This document shows positions 18,881 through 27,995 of a DNA stretch of 64,000 bases, piece after piece. The notes under the pieces were generated by a model. It did no database searches. It was not told where the DNA came from and worked only from the letters and a program-made list of their open reading frames with translations. The stretch's first letter is position 1. Each line of letters opens with the position of its first letter. Made by a program: the position numbers and the translations under genes. Source of the stretch: an uncultured Gammaproteobacteria bacterium (lineage in GTDB: Bacteria; Patescibacteriota; Patescibacteriia; 2-12-FULL-57-11); NCBI GenBank assembly GCA_964648865.1, contig CAZYLV010000002.1, positions 15,272-79,271 on the forward strand. Direction: 5' to 3'.

Positions 18881-20245
18881 TCACTCGTAGTACTCGCGGC
18901 CGAGGTGCGTGATGAGCGTCTCCCCGCGCATCCAGCGCAGGGTATTCTTGAGTTTCATCGATTGGATGAAGAGGTCGTGCTCGGGATAGAGGTCTGGCGC
19001 GGTCATCGGGCTCTTGAAGAAGAGCGACAACCATTCCTGGATGCCGGACATGCCGGCACGCTTGCCCAGATCCAGGAAGCGGGCGATGTCGAGCAAGAGC
19101 GGCGCGGCGAGGATGGAGTCGCGGCACAGGAAGTTGACCTTGATCTGCATGGGGTACCCCATCCAGCCGACGATGTCGATGTTGTCCCAGCCTTCCTTCT
19201 CGTCGCCGCGCGGCGGGTAGTAGTTGATGCGGACGATGTGCGAGAGCTTGGCGTACAGCTCCGGGTAGAGGGTCGGTTGGAGGATGTAGTCGAGCACCGA
19301 GAGCTTGCTCTTCTCCTTGGTCTCGAAGGAGCCCGGATCGTCGAGCACCATGCCGTCGCGGTTGCCGAGGATGTTGGTGGAGAACCAGCCGCGGACGCCG
19401 AGCATGCGGGTCTTGAGCCCCGGGGCGATGACGGTCTTCATGAGCGTCTGGCCGGTCTTGAGGTCCTTGCCGGCGATCGGCGTGCCGGTCTTTCCGGCAA
19501 GCTCCTGGAGCGCCGGGATGTCGACCGTCAGGTTGGGCGCGCAGTTGGCGTAGGGGACGCCCATGGAGAGCGCGGCGTAGGCATAGACCATCGACGGCGC
19601 GATGTCCGGGTGGTTGTCGCGCAACCCCTGTTCGAAAGCGGCCAGCGTGGCATGCACGTCACCCGGAGCGATGTACGTCTCCGTCGAGCCGGTCCAGAGC
19701 ATCACGCTCCGCGTCGCGCCGGTCTCGGCCTGGACCTTGGCGATGTCGGCCTTGAGCGCCTCCGCGGCTTCCCAGTGCGTGGCGGCCTGTTTGACGTTGC
19801 TGCCGGAGATGTTCTTGACGAACCGCTGGGTGAAGACGGCGGGCATGGGCCGCAACGCGCGCAAGACGTCGGCGACGCCCTCGAGGTCCTGCTCCTTGAG
19901 CACGCCGGCCTTCTTGGCGGCGTCGTAGGCCGAGTCCGGGTAGATGTCCCAGGCGGCGAAGCGCAGGTCCTCGAGCCGCGCCAGCGGGACGAAGTCCTTG
20001 ATGCGCGGCGAACGGTTCTCCATGCGCTTCCCGAGACGCACCGTGCCCATCTCGGTCATCGAACCGATCGGCTGTGCTTGGCCCCGCTTGATCGCTTCGA
20101 CGCCGGCGACCAGCGTCGTGGCGATGGCGCCCAGCCCGACGAGGAAGACGGCGAGCGGACCCTCGGCCGGAGCGATGTTCACCGGCACCTGCGGCTGGGA
20201 CTCCTGGGTGGTCATAGGCTTGGCGATTCCCGCCAATACTCGCAC
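18881..20245 (-). CDS. ino1: myo-Inositol-1-phosphate synthase (MIPS)
   Basis: Conserved MIPS motifs are present: LWTGSTETY (LWTANTERY-like), NILGNRDG (SYNHLGNNDG-like), and a Rossmann GLGAIATT N-terminus. An alternative start lies at 20215. Confidence 0.8.
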   Translation of the reverse strand: MRVLAGIAKPMTTQESQPQVPVNIAPAEGPLAVFLVGLGAIATTLVAGVEAIKRGQAQPIGSMTEMGTVRLGKRMENRSPRIKDFVPLARLEDLRFAAWDIYPDSAYDAAKKAGVLKEQDLEGVADVLRALRPMPAVFTQRFVKNISGSNVKQAATHWEAAEALKADIAKVQAETGATRSVMLWTGSTETYIAPGDVHATLAAFEQGLRDNHPDIAPSMVYAYAALSMGVPYANCAPNLTVDIPALQELAGKTGTPIAGKDLKTGQTLMKTVIAPGLKTRMLGVRGWFSTNILGNRDGMVLDDPGSFETKEKSKLSVLDYILQPTLYPELYAKLSHIVRINYYPPRGDEKEGWDNIDIVGWMGYPMQIKVNFLCRDSILAAPLLLDIARFLDLGKRAGMSGIQEWLSLFFKSPMTAPDLYPEHDLFIQSMKLKNTLRWMRGETLITHLGREYYE

Positions 20246-20307
20246 ACCGCATGGCCGCCGTCAACGCTTGACAGCGGCCTTCCGCCGCGGGAAACTGCCT
20301 GCGTTTT

Positions 20308-21390
20308 ATGGCCACGAAGCGCATCCTGGTACCGGCGTGCGGCGGCAGTCCGGCGCTCAACTACATCCGTTCGCTCCAGGCCGCTCCGGAAGCCATCGAG
20401 ATCGTCGGTGTCGATTGCGACAAGTACGCGTTGGCGAGGTCCCCGCTGGGGGAGAAGCATCTGGTGCCGCCTGCGAAGGACCCCGCCTATCTCCCGGTGC
20501 TCCAGGACGTGATCCGCCAGACGGGCGCGCAGTTCATCCACCTGCAGAACGACACCGAGCTGGCATTCGTCTCGGAGCGGCGTGAGGAGCTGCCGGTCCG
20601 CCACTTCTTCCCGCCCAAGGAGACGGTCCGCGCGTGCATCGACAAGTTCGAGAGCTATCGCCGTTGGACGGCGGTCGGCATCCCCCAGCCGCGCACGCGT
20701 TTCCTCGAGACGCCGGAAGACCTCGATGCCGCGTTCGCGGAGTTCGGCGCGCCGCTGTGGGTCCGCGCGACGGTCGGGGCGGCGGGCAAGGGTTCGCTCA
20801 TGGTCCACGACGTGTCCACCGCGCGGTCGTGGATCGATTTCAACAAAGGCTGGGGGAGCTTCACCGCCGCGGAGTACCTCTCGCCGCAATCCGTCACCTG
20901 GCAGTCGATCTGGAAGGACGGTGCCCTCGTCGTCGCCCAAGGCCGCAAGCGGCTGTACTGGGAATTCGCCAACCGCGCGCCGTCGGGCATCACCGGGCTC
21001 ACCGGCACGGGCGTGACCATGAGCGATCCCACCATCGACGCCATCGCGCAGCGCGCCATCATGGCCATCGACCCCAAGCCGCACGGCATCTTCTCCGTCG
21101 ACCTGACGTACGACCGCGCGGGGGTCCCGAACCCGACCGAGATCAATATCGGCCGCTTCTTCACTACGCACGAGTTCTTCACCCGTGCAGGGCTCAACAT
21201 GCCGTACATCGCCCTGCGGATCGCCTTCGGCGAGGAGCCGACGCTGCCCGCCCAGCGCCTCAACCCGCTGCCGCCGGGCCTGGCCTGGGTGCGCGGTCTC
21301 GACTTCCTGCCGACGCTGACCGATGAGCGGCGCATCGACGCGGCAGAAGGGGAGCTCGCCGCGCGCGTCAAGAATCTCGGTCTCGCATGA
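20308..21390 (+). CDS. ATP-grasp family ligase
   Basis: Size and pattern (PLWVRATVGAAGKGSLMV, FSVDLTYD...NPTEINIGRF) are typical of ATP-grasp enzymes. The substrate is unknown. Confidence 0.45.
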   Translation: MATKRILVPACGGSPALNYIRSLQAAPEAIEIVGVDCDKYALARSPLGEKHLVPPAKDPAYLPVLQDVIRQTGAQFIHLQNDTELAFVSERREELPVRHFFPPKETVRACIDKFESYRRWTAVGIPQPRTRFLETPEDLDAAFAEFGAPLWVRATVGAAGKGSLMVHDVSTARSWIDFNKGWGSFTAAEYLSPQSVTWQSIWKDGALVVAQGRKRLYWEFANRAPSGITGLTGTGVTMSDPTIDAIAQRAIMAIDPKPHGIFSVDLTYDRAGVPNPTEINIGRFFTTHEFFTRAGLNMPYIALRIAFGEEPTLPAQRLNPLPPGLAWVRGLDFLPTLTDERRIDAAEGELAARVKNLGLA

Positions 21391-22940
21391 GTCGGCTTCC
21401 ACGCGACGGCACCGTCTTCCTGACGGGTGCCACGGGGCATCTCGGCCGGGCCGTGTTGCGTCGTTTGGCGCTGGCCGGGACGCCGGTCTGCGCGGTCGGG
21501 AGGCACCGGCCGCCGGCGCTGCCGGGCGTGCGCTTCCTCCAGGCCGACCTCTCTCGGCCGGCGGCGCATCGGCTGTCCGCCGCGTTGCGCGGCGCTTCCG
21601 TGGTCATCCATCTGGCGGCAGCCGTCCCGCAGGGTACGGATGCCGATCCGGATGCGCAGGCGCTTTTCACGACCAACGTCGGCGGTTCCGCGGCGTTGGC
21701 GTCCTCCGTGCCGCGCGGGGCGCACCTCGTCTTCGCCAGCACCATCGAGGTGTACGGCAGGCCGTCGGCGCGGGGGCCGTTGACGGCGACCTCTCCCGTG
21801 GCGCCGACCACGCCGTACGGGTCGTCGAAGCTGCTCGCGGAAGGGACGTTGGCCGCGGCGGCCCGCGCGCGCGGTTTCGGGCTGACCGTCCTGCGGTTGG
21901 CGAGCGTCTACGGACCGGGCGAGACCATCGATCGTGCCACGACGCGATTCCTCCGCGCGGCGGCGACCGGCGGACCGGTGGCGCTGCGCGGGTCGGGACG
22001 GGAGCGGCGCAATCCGCTGTACGTGGAGGACGCGGCACGGGCCGTCCTCGCCGCCGCCGAGCGTCGTCCCGGCGGCGTCGTCCCGGTGGCGGGTGCCGAG
22101 ACGGTGAGCGTGCGGGGACTGGCCGAGGCCGCCGCGCGCGCCGCGGGCCGCGACGCACGTGTCGTCCCCGGCTCCGCGGCCGCCGGCCACGATCTGGTGC
22201 TCGACACGTCCCGGGCCGAACGGCTGCTCGGTTTCCGTCCCGAGGTCGGGCTGGATGCCGGACTCTGGATGTCCGCGGTCGGCATGCGCCGCGCGCCCGT
22301 GGCCGTCTTGGACGTCGATGGCACGCTGTTCGACGTCTCGCCGCGCTACGTGGCGCTGCATCGCGACCTGGCGCGACGGCACGGCTTCCTCCCGCTCGGT
22401 GCGGCGGCCTACTGGAGATTGAAGCGGGCCCGCGTCCCGGAGGAGGCCATCCTGCGCCGGCTGACGCGCGATGCCGCGGCGCGCAAGCGGTACCTGCGTG
22501 ACCGTCAGGCGCATATCGAGGACCGCGCGTACCTCGCGCACGACCGGCCGCTCCCGGGAGCCGTCGCGGCGTTGCGACGGCTCTCCCGCGTCGCTCCGGT
22601 GGTCCTGCTCTCGCTGCGCAACGACGCGCGGGCCCTGCGCTGGCAGCTGCGCCGCAGCGGCATGTCGCCGTCCGTCGCCCGTACGCTCACCGCGCCCGCC
22701 GGCGCCGATCCCGTCTCCGCGAAGATCGCGCTGCTCCGCTCGTCGCCGGGTCCTGCCGCGCTCGTGGCAGGGGACACCGAGGTCGACGGCGGGCTCGCCG
22801 CGGCCTACGGCGTGCCGTTCTTCGCCGTCACCTCCGGCATCCGGGAGCGCGCCGCGCTGCTCGCGGCCCGGCCCGTCGCCGTCTCCCGGACCATCGACGC
22901 ATTGCCGCGCGGGATGCGGCTGCTCCGGCTCGCCCTATGA
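21387..22940 (+). CDS. Fusion protein: NAD-dependent epimerase/dehydratase (SDR) N-domain + HAD-family hydrolase C-domain
   Basis: N-terminal FLTGATGHLGRAVLRRL...YGSSKLLAE. C-terminal VAVLDVDGTLFD HAD motif I. Confidence 0.65.
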   Translation: MSRLPRDGTVFLTGATGHLGRAVLRRLALAGTPVCAVGRHRPPALPGVRFLQADLSRPAAHRLSAALRGASVVIHLAAAVPQGTDADPDAQALFTTNVGGSAALASSVPRGAHLVFASTIEVYGRPSARGPLTATSPVAPTTPYGSSKLLAEGTLAAAARARGFGLTVLRLASVYGPGETIDRATTRFLRAAATGGPVALRGSGRERRNPLYVEDAARAVLAAAERRPGGVVPVAGAETVSVRGLAEAAARAAGRDARVVPGSAAAGHDLVLDTSRAERLLGFRPEVGLDAGLWMSAVGMRRAPVAVLDVDGTLFDVSPRYVALHRDLARRHGFLPLGAAAYWRLKRARVPEEAILRRLTRDAAARKRYLRDRQAHIEDRAYLAHDRPLPGAVAALRRLSRVAPVVLLSLRNDARALRWQLRRSGMSPSVARTLTAPAGADPVSAKIALLRSSPGPAALVAGDTEVDGGLAAAYGVPFFAVTSGIRERAALLAARPVAVSRTIDALPRGMRLLRLAL

Positions 22941-23674
22941 GCGACGACCGCGCACAGGAGCGCCAGCGCCTGGAGGCCATCGCCGCGCACTTCCGCACCG
23001 GCCAGGGCTTCAACGGCCGGCTGGAGCCGTATCGTATCCGCGCTGTGGCCGAGCTGGCGCGCGGCACGCGCGTGCTCGACGTGGGCTGCGCCGAGGGGAT
23101 GCTGGCGGCCGGGCTTGCCGACCGCGGCTTCGCGGTCACGGCCGTGGACGGCTCGGCCGAGCTCATCGCCTACGCCCGTGCGCATCACGCCCGTCCCACG
23201 GTGACCTACCATCGATCCCTCTACGAGGATTTCCGTCCCGATGCGCCGTTCGATACGGTGGTGCTCGTCAACATCCTCGAGCACGTCGCCGACCCGGTGG
23301 ACCTGCTGCGCAAGGCGCGCGCCTGGACGGCGCCCGACGGCTGCGTCATCGTCCTCGTCCCCAACGCCTTTTCCCTGCACCGGCGCGTCGGCGTGGCCAT
23401 GGGTCTCATCGGCGACGTCCACGACCTCAACGACACCGATCGTCGCGTCGGACACAGGCGGGTCTATGACAAGGCCCTGCTCGAGACCGACATCCGCGCC
23501 GCCGGTCTCGCACCGACGCGGCACGTCGGGCTGTTCCTCAAGCCGTTGTCCGAGAGCCAGATGGAGGCCTGGGACGACGCGCTCGTCGACGCCTACCATG
23601 AGGTCGGCAAGCAGCTGCCCGAATGGTGCGCCGAACTGATCACCGTGGCCGAACCGTATGGTGCCCTTCCTTGA
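22937..23674 (+). CDS. Class I SAM-dependent methyltransferase
   Basis: VLDVGCAEGMLAAGLA motif I, FDTVVLVNILEHV. Confidence 0.8.
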   Translation: MSDDRAQERQRLEAIAAHFRTGQGFNGRLEPYRIRAVAELARGTRVLDVGCAEGMLAAGLADRGFAVTAVDGSAELIAYARAHHARPTVTYHRSLYEDFRPDAPFDTVVLVNILEHVADPVDLLRKARAWTAPDGCVIVLVPNAFSLHRRVGVAMGLIGDVHDLNDTDRRVGHRRVYDKALLETDIRAAGLAPTRHVGLFLKPLSESQMEAWDDALVDAYHEVGKQLPEWCAELITVAEPYGALP

Positions 23675-24767
23675 CCTCACGTCCCAGATCGCGACCATCC
23701 GCGCGGAGATCGACGCGGCCATCGACCGGGTCATCGACAGCGGCGCCTTCATCCAAGGGCCGGAGCTCTCGGCGTTCGAGGAACGCTTCGCCGCGTGGGT
23801 CGGCACCAAAGAGGCCGTCGGCGTCCAATCCGGGACCAGCGCGCTGTTCCTGGCGCTCACGGCGGCGGGCATCGGCCCGGGCGATGAGGTCATCACCGTG
23901 CCCAACTCCTTCATCGCCACGGCCGAGGCCATCTCGCACGTCGGCGCCACGCCGGTGTTCGTCGACGTCGACCCCCAGACGCTGCTCATGGATCCGAGGG
24001 GCCTCGACGCCGCGCGCACCGCGCGCACCAAAGCGGTCATCCCCGTGCATCTGTTCGGCACGCCGGTGCCCATGGAGCCGGTGCTCGACGTCGCCCGGCG
24101 CCACGGGCTGCTGGTGATCGAGGACGCCGCCCAGGCGCACGGGGCGCGGTGGCAGGGCAGGCGCGTCGGCATGTTCGGTCGGATGGCCTGCTACAGCTTC
24201 TACCCCGGCAAGAACCTCGGGGCCTTCGGCGAAGGCGGCGCCATCGTCACCGACGACGAGGCGCTCGCGACGCGCCTGCGGATGCTGCGTAACCACGGCT
24301 CGTCGGCCAAGTACCGCCACGAGACGATCGGCTGGAACATGCGCATGGAGGGGATGCAGGCCGCGGTGCTCGCCGTGAAGCTGGCGCACATCGACGGCTG
24401 GAACGAGCGGCGACGGACGCATGCGGCCGCCTACCGCACCGCGCTGCAGGACCTGCCGCTGACGTCCGTCGACGTCCCCGTCGGCGCGGAGCCGGTCTTC
24501 CACATCTTCGCCGTCCGCACGCCGCGGCGCGACGCCCTCCAGCGCTTCCTGGAGGAGCGCGGCATCGGGACCGGCGTGCATTACCCGACGCCCATCCATC
24601 TGCAGCCGGCGTATGCGCATCTCGGGCTTCCGCGTGGCGCGTTTCCGGTGGCCGAGCGCGCGGCGCAGGAGCTGCTCTCGCTGCCGATGTATCCGGAGCT
24701 GACCGATGCCCTCCGGAACGAAGTGGTGGCCGCGGTCCGCGCGTTTTTCGCCACGGAACAGGGTTGA
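23658..24767 (+). CDS. DegT/DnrJ/EryC1/StrS-family PLP-dependent sugar aminotransferase
   Basis: EVITVPNSFIATAEA, VIPVHLFG, IEDAAQAHGA, CYSFYPGKNLGAFGEGG. Confidence 0.85.
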   Translation: MVPFLDLTSQIATIRAEIDAAIDRVIDSGAFIQGPELSAFEERFAAWVGTKEAVGVQSGTSALFLALTAAGIGPGDEVITVPNSFIATAEAISHVGATPVFVDVDPQTLLMDPRGLDAARTARTKAVIPVHLFGTPVPMEPVLDVARRHGLLVIEDAAQAHGARWQGRRVGMFGRMACYSFYPGKNLGAFGEGGAIVTDDEALATRLRMLRNHGSSAKYRHETIGWNMRMEGMQAAVLAVKLAHIDGWNERRRTHAAAYRTALQDLPLTSVDVPVGAEPVFHIFAVRTPRRDALQRFLEERGIGTGVHYPTPIHLQPAYAHLGLPRGAFPVAERAAQELLSLPMYPELTDALRNEVVAAVRAFFATEQG

Positions 24768-24802
24768 CGGACCGCCTCTCCGGCCGTATCCTTCTTCGGA
24801 CT

Positions 24803-25822
24803 ATGGATACGGTCCCCGTCGCCCTCATCGGGTACGGCTACTGGGGGAAAGTCCTCGCGCGCGTCATCCGGTCCTCACCGGACGCGCGTCTCCTCGTCGT
24901 CGCCGAGACCGACCCGGAGCGGCGCGCGGCGGCGGCGCGCTTGCCCGGCGTCGAGACCGCGACCGACGCCGAGACCGCGATCCGCGATCCGCGCGTCGCC
25001 GCGGTCTTCGTCGCCACGCCCGTCTCCACCCACGCCGCGCTGGTGCGCGCGGCGCTCGGCGCGGGTAAGGACGTCTTCGTGGAGAAGCCCATGGCCGCGA
25101 CGCTCGCCGAAGCGGAGGAGCTTGCCCGCCTCGCGACGTCCGGCGGCCAGGTGCTGATGGTCGATCACCCCTTCCTGTTCACCGGCGCCGTCCGCAAGAT
25201 CCGGCAGCTCGTCGAGAAGGGCGAGCTCGGGCGTCTGCAGTACTTCGATTCCGAGCGCATCAACCTGGGTCTGCTGCGCTCGGACGTGAACGTGCTGTGG
25301 GATCTGGCGCCGCACGACCTCTCCATCCTGCAGTACCTGCTCGAGGAATCCCCGCGCGGAGTGCGCGCCGTGGCCTCCACGCACACCCCGCATCCGCGTC
25401 CGGAACCCGGCGGCGAGATCGCGCACCTCTTCCTCGACTACGCCAGCGGCGTGGCCGCACACGTCGCCGTGAGCTGGCTCTCGCCGGTCAAGATCCGCAA
25501 GCTCATCCTCGGCGGCGACCGCAAGATGGTGCTGTTCGACGACATCTCGCCCTCCGAGAAGGTCAAGGTCTATGACCACGGCGTGGACACCGATCCGGCG
25601 GCGGCCACGCCGTTCCGGCCGCTCTACCGCAGCGGCGACGTCCTCGTCCCCAAGGTCGATGACCGCGAGGCCATGCAGCTGGCCGTCGACCACTTCGTCT
25701 CCTGCGTGCGCACCCGCGCCACGCCGCTCACCGACGGCCGCTTCGGCGCCGCGGTCGTGCGCGTGCTCGAGGCCAGCGACCGCTCGCTGCGCGAGGGCGG
25801 CGCACGCATCGCCCTGCCATGA
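24803..25822 (+). CDS. Gfo/Idh/MocA-family NAD(P)-dependent oxidoreductase (WbpB-like sugar 3-dehydrogenase candidate)
   Basis: VALIGYGYWGK...VFVEKPMA. An alternative start lies at 24764. Confidence 0.75.
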   Translation: MDTVPVALIGYGYWGKVLARVIRSSPDARLLVVAETDPERRAAAARLPGVETATDAETAIRDPRVAAVFVATPVSTHAALVRAALGAGKDVFVEKPMAATLAEAEELARLATSGGQVLMVDHPFLFTGAVRKIRQLVEKGELGRLQYFDSERINLGLLRSDVNVLWDLAPHDLSILQYLLEESPRGVRAVASTHTPHPRPEPGGEIAHLFLDYASGVAAHVAVSWLSPVKIRKLILGGDRKMVLFDDISPSEKVKVYDHGVDTDPAAATPFRPLYRSGDVLVPKVDDREAMQLAVDHFVSCVRTRATPLTDGRFGAAVVRVLEASDRSLREGGARIALP

Positions 25823-26634
25823 AGATCCCGGCATCCGTCACCATCCTGACACGCAACTCGGCGGCCACGCTGGAGCGGTGCCTGGCGTCCGTCCAGGCCT
25901 TCGACGATATCGTCGTGCTCGACGGCAACAGCACGGACGGGACGCGTGCCATCGCCGAGCGGTATGGCGCACGCGTCCTGCCGCAGACGGACAGCGCGGA
26001 ACCGGCCGTGCGCATCACCGACTTCACCGAGGTCCGGCAGAAGTCCTTCGACGCCGCCAAGCACGACTGGGTGTACATGATCGATTCCGACGAGTGGGCC
26101 TCGCCGGAACAGGTCGAGGCGGTGCGGGGGCTCGTCGCGGCGGACCGCACGGACGAGGTCTACCTCTTCCGCAAGCTGGCCGTGCTGGGAGAGCGGGTCG
26201 TCCGGCACGCGTACTACTACCCGGACTACTCCCTGCGCATGCTCGCCAAGAGCGGCGGTGCCCACTGGGTCGCCGGCCGACGGGTCCACGAGCGGATCGT
26301 CTTCCCGGAGCGCGTCCGCCAGGTGCGCCGGGACGAGCCGGTCTACTCGCTGCAGCCGCCGTATCGGGACGCGCTGCGCAAGGACGAGTATTACCTGCGG
26401 CTCGCGCTCGACCGCTACCGAGGCGTGCCGCGACGGCGCATGGTGCGCAACGCGGCAATCAACGTCGCCAAGGGCTGCCTCATCCTCGGTCGCGTCGCCG
26501 CCGTGCATCTCCGGCACGGGTTCCGTGATACCATGCCCCCCATGCAGCACCTGCGCTATCCGCGTTACCATTGGCGTCTGGCCTGGCTGCTGGCGCGCCG
26601 CGCCCTTTCCATGCGACCGTATGCACACGCATGA
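25819..26634 (+). CDS. GT2-family glycosyltransferase
   Basis: VTILTRNSAATLERCL...VVLDGNSTDGT...DSDE. Confidence 0.7.
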   Translation: MKIPASVTILTRNSAATLERCLASVQAFDDIVVLDGNSTDGTRAIAERYGARVLPQTDSAEPAVRITDFTEVRQKSFDAAKHDWVYMIDSDEWASPEQVEAVRGLVAADRTDEVYLFRKLAVLGERVVRHAYYYPDYSLRMLAKSGGAHWVAGRRVHERIVFPERVRQVRRDEPVYSLQPPYRDALRKDEYYLRLALDRYRGVPRRRMVRNAAINVAKGCLILGRVAAVHLRHGFRDTMPPMQHLRYPRYHWRLAWLLARRALSMRPYAHA

Positions 26635-27280
26635 CCACGCCCATCCGGACATGGCTACCGTCTACGAGCAGGTGCCGCCGGATTACTGGGATACGTCCTA
26701 TCGGAACAACCTGATCCAGCGCGTCTACCACGACTGGCGTTTTTTCGTGTTGCGGCGCATGGTCCGGCGGTTGCCGCAGCGCGGTACGGTCCTCGACGTC
26801 GGCTGCGGCGGCGGGTTCTCGGTCGAGATGGCGGTGAAGGGTCGGCCGGACCTGGAGGTCCACGGCATCGACGTCACGGACGAGCTCGTGGCCTACGCCC
26901 GGAAGATGCGGCCGCGGTTCCACTTCCGCAAATCGCCCGGCGAGACCCTGCCGTACCCGGACGCGATGTTCGACGGCGTGCTCTACCTCGACGTCATCGA
27001 ACATCTCGTGGACCCGGCCGCCTCGCTCAAGGAAGCGCTGCGCGTCCTCAAGCCCGGCGGCTCGCTGGTCGTGCTCGTGGTGCAGGAGCATCATCCTGCC
27101 TTCCGCGGCATCTGGTGGCTGTGGCTGCGGCTCAAGGGGAAGGTCTGGCACGAGGCGCATCTCCACGTCTTCGACAGGAAATCCGTGGAGGCAACCATCC
27201 GCGATGCCGGATTCCGCATCGCCGAGACGAAGCCGGTGCACCTCGGTCTCTCGGTGGCGGTCCGTGCCGTGAAGCCATAA
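26621..27280 (+). CDS. Class I SAM-dependent methyltransferase
   Basis: VLDVGCGGGFS motif I, LYLDVIEHLVDP, LKPGGSLVV. An alternative start lies at 26651. Confidence 0.75.
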   Translation: MHTHDHAHPDMATVYEQVPPDYWDTSYRNNLIQRVYHDWRFFVLRRMVRRLPQRGTVLDVGCGGGFSVEMAVKGRPDLEVHGIDVTDELVAYARKMRPRFHFRKSPGETLPYPDAMFDGVLYLDVIEHLVDPAASLKEALRVLKPGGSLVVLVVQEHHPAFRGIWWLWLRLKGKVWHEAHLHVFDRKSVEATIRDAGFRIAETKPVHLGLSVAVRAVKP

Positions 27281-27290
27281 ACCGACAGAT

Positions 27291-27995
27291 ATGGAGCTGA
27301 CCGTCGCCGTCCCGTGCTACAACGAGGCCGAGAACGTCCCCCGCCTGGGCACGGAACTCCTGCCGGCGTTGCGCGCGCTGTCGCGTGACTTCGAGCTGCT
27401 CATCGTCGACGACGGCAGCGCGGACGGCACCGCCGAGGCATGCGAGCGGCTCGGCGCCCCGGAGGTCCGGGTCGTTCGGCACCCCAAGAACCAGGGGTTG
27501 GGCGCGGCCATCCGCACGGCCTTCGCCGAGGCGCGTGGCGACCTGCTCGTGACCCTCGACGCCGACCTGACTTTCGCGCCGGCGGACATCGGCAAGTTGC
27601 TCGCGCGCCACAAGGAGGGAGGCGTGGACTTCGTCATCGGTTCGCACGGCCTCGCCGGGTACGCCAGGGACATCCCGCGCTGGCGCGTGGCCATCAGCAA
27701 GGCGGCGAACCTCTTCTATTCGCTCCTGGCGGGGCGCCGCGTCCGGGGCGTGAGCTCGCTGTTCCGCCTGTACCGTACGGAGATCGTCCGCGGACTCCCG
27801 GTCCGGACCAGCGGTTTCGAGACGCCGGTGGAGATCTTCTTCCTTCTCGTGCACCGCGGACACCGCTTCGCCGAAGTGCCGACCCCGCTCGGGCAGCGCC
27901 GCTTCGGCGTCTCCAAGCTCAACTACTCCCGGGAGATCCGTCGGCATCTCCGTCTGGTCGGCGCCATCCTGCGGGGGAGGCTCCGTCCGGTATGA
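27291..27995 (+). CDS. GT2 glycosyltransferase, polyprenyl-phosphate sugar synthase-like (DPM1-like), copy 2
   Basis: VAVPCYNEAENV...LLIVDDGSADGT...NQGLGAAIRTA...LDADLT. Confidence 0.8.
   Translation: MELTVAVPCYNEAENVPRLGTELLPALRALSRDFELLIVDDGSADGTAEACERLGAPEVRVVRHPKNQGLGAAIRTAFAEARGDLLVTLDADLTFAPADIGKLLARHKEGGVDFVIGSHGLAGYARDIPRWRVAISKAANLFYSLLAGRRVRGVSSLFRLYRTEIVRGLPVRTSGFETPVEIFFLLVHRGHRFAEVPTPLGQRRFGVSKLNYSREIRRHLRLVGAILRGRLRPV

Noticed and set aside
20267-20295. TTGACA hexamer in the MIPS/ATP-grasp divergent region as a promoter -35.
   Set aside because: The best -10 candidate at 17-bp spacing (GAAACT) matches only 3/6. Too weak to call as a feature, though the 62-bp divergent gap must contain promoters.
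26258-26620. The 340-aa track ORF 26258-27280 extending the methyltransferase far upstream into the GT2 gene.
   Set aside because: The upstream part is an alternate frame of the GT2 gene with no MTase similarity. The methyltransferase fold begins after the ATG at 26621/26651.
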